Shown: positions 54,739-64,000 of the stretch, in pieces
Layout of the letters: every line of letters starts with the position of its first letter
Numbering within the stretch: the stretch's first letter is position 1
Assembly (NCBI GenBank): GCA_951406725.2
Contig: OX597823.1
Coordinates: 12,586,001-12,650,000, forward strand
Direction of reading: 5' to 3'
From: Octopus vulgaris
Lineage: Eukaryota
Length of the DNA stretch: 64,000 bases
Position numbers and translations under genes: made by a program
The notes under the pieces: model-generated
What the model saw: the letters and a program-made list of their open reading frames with translations, nothing else
Told to the model about the DNA's origin: nothing
Database searches by the model: none

Positions 54739-55665
54739 TATATGCATGTATATATACATGTAGATGTAGGTACGTACATATATGTATGTATGCATATATT
54801 TTATTTTTTACACTATTGTATGACTGAGCGCCCTCGCGTCGATTCGATTCGTTTCGTTTCGTTTCTCCTTCTCCAAGTACAATTTTTATATATAATTATG
54901 ACGCGAAACTCTATTACTCTTTGCTTGACCTTCCCTTTCTCTCTCTTTCTCCCTCCTCCTCATATCTCTCTCTCTCTCTCGCCGCTTGTCTTCCTCTCTC
55001 TCACTCCTCCTCATCTCTCTCACAGCCAGCCAACTACTTCCTTTTGCAGGCGGCCTCTCAACTGTAAACACACGGTTTTTGCGCTCTTTGAATTTCTCCC
55101 CGTCTAGGCCATAAGGCCCTCTTTGTTTGTTTTCTTGCTTGTTTTTATTTCTTGTATTGTATTTTTTTGTAATTGTATTTTTATTTTGTATTTTATTTTG
55201 TATTTCATTTTGTAATTTTATTTGTATCGTTTTTACGTCCTGTTTGTGTCACATCCTTTTCTTTCCTTGTTTTTACCCCTCTGCGAAGTAATGTTATTTA
55301 ATTTCTTCGCAGGAAGGGTTAGTTCGATGAGTCGTGTTCTGTCCGCACCTTCGAAACACACTGGAGTTGAACTAGGGACAGCTGATGAAGGGGATTTTTC
55401 CTTGTGTAGTTTGTCTTGTACACAGTTATTTCGTTGTTAAAAAAAAGGTCCGTTCCATGCTTGTTTTTTCGTTTTCGTTTCTCGTTGAGTTCTACGCCTT
55501 ATTGTAGAGTCCTGTACCCACGTATATGCATGTATATATACATTTAGATGTAGGTACGTACATATATGTATGTATGCATATATTTTATTTTTTACACAAT
55601 TGTATGACTGAGCGCCCTCGCGTCGATTCGATTCGATTCGTTTCGTTTCTCCTTCTCCAAGTACA
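54739..55665 (+). repeat. 143-bp direct repeats (54739-54881 and 55523-55665) bracketing a ~640-bp segment
   Basis: Near-identical TATATGCATG...GAGCGCCCTCGCGTCGATTCGATTCG...CTCCAAGTACA; period 784. Confidence 0.88.
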
Positions 55666-55668
55666 GTT

Positions 55669-55726
<58 letters not shown>

Positions 55727-55959
55727 AATATAACTGTCTATATGCATGTGTGTGAGTATATATATATGTATGTATCGAGAAAAGCAACATTTATTAAATT
55801 TCTGAGCGAGAGAGAGAGAGAGAGAGAGAGAGAACTACAGTGTCAGTACTGGATAGTAATGTTTATATGCCAATATAACTTGACATCCCTGTAAAGGATG
55901 ATGTTACTGTCGTTTTGACCCCCAGGAAAACGTCTTTTCCAGCTGGCTAACGACACCTA

Positions 55960-56001
55960 GTCTGTGTCTGTACATAGTAAATACTATGTACAGACACAGA
56001 C
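55960..56001. repeat. Perfect 20-bp inverted repeat with 2-nt spacer
   Basis: GTCTGTGTCTGTACATAGTA-AA-TACTATGTACAGACACAGAC. Confidence 0.95.
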
Positions 56002-56307
56002 GAGGGAGAGCATCGCTCACATCTCTTAAGTGATACTCACAGCATTACGTGATATATACATGCATAGGTATCTGAATGTTATCCATCCTCAGTGTGTGTA
56101 TGTGTGTGTGTGTGTGAGTGCATGCGCGTGTGTGCGCACATACATATAATGGTTAAGTTCTTATTTATAGCAATATAGGGGCCATTCAGCACTCTCAGTT
56201 ACAATTACTGACGATTAATATTTTCATTTATGGTTTCATATTGCTCGTAGTCAGTTACTTTATTTTTATACACCCTCACACACACACAACACTCACACAC
56301 ACACACA

Positions 56308-56339
<32 letters not shown>

Positions 56340-56797
56340 ATGCACACACACAATTATATATATATACAAAAATACTTATGCATATACACGCATACGCATA
56401 TACACTCACAAGCACGCATACACACACACACACACACTAAAGCAGGCATATAATATACACATAGGTGTGTGTGTGTGTGTGAAGAAACTTCTGCCCAGAA
56501 ATTTTGGGGCCAGGGAAATATTGTAGTTTATCATTTTGAAGCTAAAATATCTTAGTTGTGGTGGAAAGAAGGCTGACAGGCTGAATCTGAAGAAAATTGA
56601 TATTGTACTGTAGGATATCTATAGCCTTATTAATGAAGTGCTTTACTATGGCCGTCTCTCCAGGGATGGCTTCTTGTTGGATTTGGTCTAGAGCATGTTA
56701 TATATGTGAAAACGAAGGAAGCACAGATTGAATAACTGTACATAGAAAGTTTTTTGAGCTCCATGTCATTTCTTATGAGCCCATTTATAATTAATGT

Positions 56798-57049
56798 TTC
56801 TTTATTACACACAAGGGGCTAAACATAGAGGGGACAAACAAGGACAGACAAACGGATGAAGTCGATTACATCGACCCCACTGCGTAACTGGTACTTTATT
56901 TATCGACCCCTAAAGGATGAAAGGCAAAGTCGACCTCGGCGGAATTTGAACTCAGAACGTAACGGCACACGAAATACGGCTACGCATTTCGCCCGGCGTG
57001 CTAACGGTTCTGCCAGCTCGCCGCCTTATATAATATATAACATGATCTC
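56798..57049 (-). mobile_element. SINE family A monomer with 24 extra 5' bases
   Basis: 19-bp TSD GCCCATTTATAATTAATGT at 56779-56797 and 57050-57068; head ends at 57025. Confidence 0.92.
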
Positions 57050-57385
57050 GCCCATTTATAATTAATGTGATTTCTGTTGGGTGGGATCTTGACCTAGATT
57101 ATCTACCACGCTCTTACTTTATTGTGAAATGTAAGTAAGACTAACCCAATATTTGGCGATTCTTTCTAACAGTATGAACAACCATGTAGGGGTCCAGGCT
57201 GTGTGTAGTCATCCAATATCGATAATAGCTGTTGTCTGGAATAAATTCGCGTACCAGACTGAAGACTAATGAGACCAGCACAGTCTAACGTTGACAAATT
57301 ATTGTACTATAGGGAACGAAATACCACGAAATATGTCCAATTTACTTTTTATAGCAAGCAGTTCGGGGTCACATAATATGGAAAT

Positions 57386-57698
57386 TTTCTTTTTTTTTTC
57401 TTTTGCGACCAGACCATCAGATGTTGTTACACATCGCTGGTCACAATGCGTTCGCATTGTTTTAGCCTTCAAATGACGCCACCCCGCTGGCTAAGCGAGC
57501 AGGCCAACAGAAGAAAGAGTGGGAGAAAGTTGTGGTGAAAGAGTACAGCAGAGATAACCACCATCCCCTGCCGGAGCCTCGTGGAGCTTTTAGGTGTTTT
57601 CGCTCAATAAACACTCACAACGCCCGGTCTGGGAATCGAAACCACGATCCTACGACCGCGAGTCCGCTGCGCTAACCACTAGGCCATTGCGCCTTCAC
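57386..57698 (-). mobile_element. SINE family C (tRNA-Arg-like head), tail type 3 with poly(A)
   Basis: Head matches the 27881 copy; 11-bp TSD AATATGGAAAT at 57375-57385 and 57699-57709. Confidence 0.9.
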
Positions 57699-57739
57699 AA
57701 TATGGAAATACCACTAATAATATCGTGATTCGGGAAAAA

Positions 57740-57984
57740 TACGAGCGAATACAGAAAAGTTCCTGGCTATGAGTAAAAGCAAATTCAGTACTACCAGTTA
57801 ATTATGATTCTATTCAAGATATTTCTCTCTCAGATTCAGACACTTATTGCATTCAGACACTATATTTCACTATAGAGTGTCCTTCAGGTTTTCCAAGCCC
57901 TGTAAAGGAACTAGTAAAGTTGAGCCTCCAATCAGGTCCTTCATGATAAGCTTAAAGCCAGGAACTTTTCAGCATGCGCTTGTA
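57740..57984. mobile_element. Mariner-type MITE
   Basis: TIRs TACGAGCGAATACAGAAAAGTTCCTGGCT / AGCCAGGAACTTTTCAGCATGCGCTTGTA with TA ends. Confidence 0.75.
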
Positions 57985-58361
57985 TGACAGGATGGGTCGG
58001 ATAGGATGTTTTTATATAAATTCAAATCAATCCTCACCTATCAGACTACGGGCATCTGCATGCCGACAGTAAGGATCTCTTAGCTCTCTCTTTTATATGT
58101 AGGCTTTTAGAACAAAACCGAGAAGGATTTTTACAGATCTGAAACACTTTAACCGAGCATGATGGTTTCGGCCACATTCGAATCATGAGTAAATTCAGAA
58201 CTGTACCATGTATGTCGTAAAGGTTCTGGCCATGGGCTATATTTTCCATTTGGATGATCAGATATTCAACTATATATGTGTGTATGTGTTTGCGTATGTG
58301 TGTGTGAGTGTGCGAGTATGTGAATGTGTGTGTGTCTGTCTATTTCTCTGTGTAGCTGTCT

Positions 58362-58783
58362 ATACTCTTTACTCTTTTCCTCTTTTACTTGTTTCAGTCA
58401 TTTGATTGTGGCCATGCTGGAGCACCGCCTTTAGTAGAGCAAATCAAGCCCAGGACTTATTCTTTGTCAGCCTAGTACTTATTCTATCGTACTCTTTTTG
58501 GCGAACCGCTAAGTTACGTGGACGTAAACACACCAGCATCGGTTGTCAAGCGATGATGGGGGCACAAAAACAGAAACACAAACATATACACATACACACA
58601 TACATATATATATATACATAATACGATGGGCTTCTTTCCGTTTCCGTCTACCAAATCCACTCACAAGGCTTTGGTCGGCCCAAGACTCTAGTAGAAGACA
58701 CTTGCCCAAGGTGTCACACAATGGGACTGAAACCCGAACCATGTGGTTCGTAAGCAAGCTACTTACCACACAGCCACTCCTAT
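58362..58783 (-). mobile_element. SINE family B
   Basis: Matches other copies. Confidence 0.9.
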
Positions 58784-59131
58784 GTCAGAAAGAATGTAAA
58801 ATACTATATATTTCTGTGCTTCGTACGGTAATTCGAAGCAGAATTCATTTAGAATTCAATTAAACTGTGAATTCACCGATACTCCAGACATGGCAGGAAT
58901 GGATGTCTAAGAGTAACCGATATTTTAAAATTTTCCCGCAGAGTTATATTTCATTGCGAGGTTTGCATTAGGAACATTTTACTTCCTTGAATCATGAATA
59001 GGGTCTGGTGATCAAAAACCTATAAATGAATTAGATTTTCATTACCTATTGATACTGCTTTCTAAATATGATTTATATACGTATATGCGCAAGCACAGAC
59101 ATGTGTGCATGCATATACACACGCATACTTA

Positions 59132-59213
<82 letters not shown>

Positions 59214-59879
59214 ATTGATGTATATGTATATATTCGTGTGCGCACACAAACGATGTACGTGAGCATGGTGGCATAAATAATGAGGAATATATTAATGTGG
59301 AGTTACATTGATACGTAGAAACAGAGATAAGAGAGAGAGAAAGAAAGAGAGAGGGAAAATGAAAGAAAGAAACAGAGAAAGAGAATGAAAGAAAGTAAGA
59401 AGATGCTGAAAAAGAAATAATATAGAATAAGTGATGTAGGCAGTTGTGAGGAGGTTTTCAACTAAAATAACATCTTCTTACTGATAAGAAAGTAATATAT
59501 TCCTTATAATCGTAACATTGCAAAAGTTAACCGCGTTAACGGTCGTCTACGTGAAACTATTTGATCTTATTTTACGCGAACGGAAAGATACGTGAGTGGC
59601 TGTTTGTGAGTGACGGCGTATATGTGATTATGTGTGTATGTGCGTTTGTATATATATATATATGTGTGTGTGTGTGTGAATAATGTATTATAGGTTTCTG
59701 ATTTTCGAATGTATGTGGAGTGTATGCATTGTATGCATGTGTTCTTTTTTGGTTTATATGTACGAATGAATATGCAAGCTTTTATGAAACCGAATAACAA
59801 AAAAAAAAAAAAAAAAAATAAAACGAAAGAGAAAAACATGCCTTCACAACGAGGCCAACGAATGCCAGATCCCTCCTAC

Positions 59880-61205
<1,326 letters not shown>

Positions 61206-61241
61206 ACAATATGTATACAATATGTTACATTACGGTAGTCA

Positions 61242-61304
61242 AGATAAAACTCTGAGTTTCAGATGCCGAAGTGGAAATCCACAACACCATCTCTTCGGTT
61301 ATCT
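61242..61304 (-). ncRNA. Hammerhead-like motif (CCGAAGA core variant), left arm
   Basis: Minus strand AGATAA-CCGAAGA-GATG...CATC-T-GAAA-CTCAGAG-TT-TTATCT. Confidence 0.6.
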
Positions 61305-61704
61305 GGCTATTTGAAAACGTTATGAAAAAATACCGTTAAAAATGAAGGGAAATTACTCTGTTATAACTCTGCTTTGCCTGCGTACTTATACATCGCTCGC
61401 ATTTTTCGTCATAAAAATTATATAAAAATACATAAAAATATATAAAAATATATAAAAATATATAAAAATATATAAAATCTTCTTGGGACATAACACAGAA
61501 AGCATGTTCTATCCGTTTTCTGTGTTATGTCCCAAGAATATTTTCATATATTTTTATATATTTTTATATATTTTTATGTATTTTTGTATAATTTTTATGA
61601 CGAAAAATGCGAGCGATGTATAAGTACGCAGGCAAAGCAGAGTTATAACAGAGTAATTTCCCTTCATTTCTAACGGTATTTTTTCATAACGTTTTCAAAT
61701 AGCC

Positions 61705-61767
61705 AGATAACCGAAGAGATGGTGTTGTGGATTTCCACTTCGGCATTTGAAACTCAGAGTTTTATCT
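61705..61767 (+). ncRNA. Hammerhead-like motif (CCGAAGA core variant), right arm
   Basis: 6-bp helix I AGATAA/TTATCT, GAAA at 61749-61752, quasi-palindromic ACTCAGAGT, GUU triplet. Confidence 0.6.
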
Positions 61768-61865
61768 TGACTACCGAGTAATGTAACATATTGTATAGAT
61801 AAATTTCCTGTATTTACATAATATTGAGGTCTCTTTCTTTCTTTTGTTATCTTACCGTTTTATCA

Positions 61866-61938
<73 letters not shown>

Positions 61939-61939
61939 G

Positions 61940-61972
<33 letters not shown>

Positions 61973-62138
61973 TTATATACATGTACGTATACATATATAT
62001 TATATATATGTATGTACGCACATATATGCATATGTAGTTTCATATATATATATATATATATATGTATATGTGTATATATGTATATATGTATATATGTATA
62101 TACGTATGTATGTATATATATATATATGTATATATGTA

Positions 62139-62186
<48 letters not shown>

Positions 62187-62440
62187 TATATAGACATATA
62201 TATATATACATATGCATATATACATATATACATATACCTACATACATGCATACACATATATATATAAATACATATATATACATTTATATATATATATATA
62301 TACACATATATATATGAATGTATATATGTATGTATATATACGTGTGTGTGTGTATGTATATATATATATATATGAATATCTGTGTGTGCAAGCATGTATG
62401 TATATATGTACATGTATGTATGTATGTATGTATGTGTGTA
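61866..62440. repeat. (TA)n/(TATG)n tract
   Basis: Directly visible. Confidence 0.95.
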
Positions 62441-63340
62441 CGTCTGTAATGGAAGTAAAACAGGGAATGGTGGAGACAACTGTTATATTGTATTGATATT
62501 AATGTGCGAAGCATTGATTTAATTATGATTCAATAGACATAGAGACAACACACTGACAACAAAATATATAGCTTTGAATATCTGTTAAAACACGTTAGCC
62601 ATTTTAAAAGAATATCGAATGACTTGCTTCTTCTAATAGCGTATTTTATTCAAGTAGTCGCAGCTTCTAGATTTCAGTTAGAATAACATTTACTTTAAAA
62701 TTGCACTTGTTGAGAATTGTTAGAGCTGGTTGGAAGTTTTCAGAGAGCCAATCCTTCGTTCATTTCCTTTTTCTTTCATTTTTACTATTTCTTTTTTTTC
62801 TTTTTTTTTTTGTTAGATGAGAGCGATATGGAAGTGTATGTAACTCGACAAGGAACAAATATCGCAAAGATTCAATTTGGAAAGAACGAATATCGCAAAG
62901 ATTCAAGTTCGTAGGTTTTCACGCTTATGCGTTAGATCCTTTACTGATATACTAAACAATGATTAAAGATACATGCGTATATACGAAGACACATGGATGT
63001 GCAGGTGCACACACACACACACTATCGAACACACGCACACACGCACATCACTCACAACTCGAATCTCTGGAAGAAGTGTCTAAGGTGACACTAAGGTGAC
63101 ACGCAATAGCAGTAAACCCGGGGAAAATGCATTTGAGAAGCCAACTGAACCTCATTCTAATGCCGGAACCTAGAGCATAAAATTGTATCGAGCGTGGAAT
63201 TTCTTAGTTATTCATCCTTTAAATTACTTACATTACATTGTAATGCCTGACTAGAAAGTTCCCAGTAACTTATTCAACCACATAATATCCTCATATGTAT
63301 TGGTTCTGTTCATTTCAGAAGTAATTCTTATTACTTGGTA

Positions 63341-63544
63341 TACTCTTTTACTCTTTTACTTGTTTCAGTCATTTGACTGCGGCCATGCTGGAGCACCGCC
63401 TTTAATCGAGCAACTCTTTTGTAAGCCCAGTACTTATTCTATCGGTCTCTTTTACCGAACCGCTAAGTGACGGGGACATAAACACACCAGCATCGGTTGT
63501 CAAGCAATGCTAGGGGGACAAATACAGACACACAAACACACATA

Positions 63545-63600
<56 letters not shown>

Positions 63601-63750
63601 TACGACGGGCTTCTTTCAGTTTCCGTCTACCAAATCCACTCACAAGGCTTTGGTCGGCCCGAGGCTATAGTAGAAGACACTTGCCCAAGATGCCACGCAG
63701 TGGGACTGAACCCGGAACCATGTGGTTGGTAAGCAAGCTACTTACCACAC
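63341..63750 (-). mobile_element. SINE family B; another partial copy runs from ~63855 to the window end
   Basis: Matches other copies, with a short internal deletion. Confidence 0.9.
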
Positions 63751-64000
63751 CAGTTATTTTCCTGGCTAAGTTGTTTTATTATTTCTCATATATTTCATAC
63801 GAATGTCTTCTTTTTAGATTTCTGAGTTATCGTTTTTCACCTTAATTTTCTTTAACTTTTTAGTCGAATCATTCGACCCCACGATTTATTTTTAAAGCCT
63901 AGTACTTATTTTATCGGTCTCTTCCACTGAACCGCTCAGTTACGGGGACGTAAACACATTAACACCGGTTTTAAGTGATGGTGGAGACAAACACGGACAC

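Larger units (their letters stand above)
61214..61797. repeat. Long palindrome (~285-bp arms, 15-nt spacer 61502-61516) between (TA)n tracts; inverted pLTR-like pair
   Basis: Arms 61214-61501 and 61517-61797 are near-exact reverse complements; the right copy extends to ~61866. Confidence 0.92.

Overview
AT-rich eukaryotic non-coding DNA with no host protein-coding exon, RNA gene or CRISPR array that I can support. The SINE families and extreme (TA)n/(CA)n/(AAT)n density suggest an octopus or other cephalopod genome (inference). Nearly all ORF-track entries are microsatellite or SINE read-throughs. The window holds three tRNA-headed SINE families, R4/Dong-like LINE ends in (TAA)n tracts, CR1-like LINE ends, Penelope-like (RT + GIY-YIG) remnants, Tc1/mariner/pogo/hAT relics and MITEs, and one non-autonomous Helitron. 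The main finding is at 20788-22680: a non-coding 490/491-bp unit in about four near-identical copies, arranged as two tandem dimers pointing outward from a central junction. Each copy carries a complete type I hammerhead ribozyme (CUGAUGA...GAAA...GUC, 8-bp helix I, palindromic helix III, long G-U-rich helix II extension). The array sits in the (TA)n spacer of a SINE and looks like a retrozyme or Penelope pLTR system predicted to release about 491-nt, possibly circular, RNAs. An unrelated outward-facing hammerhead-like pair forms a palindrome at 61214-61797, and further hammerhead-like motifs lie next to TA tracts or Penelope remnants. All alignments, folds and translations were done by eye, and family names come from recalled motifs, not database searches.
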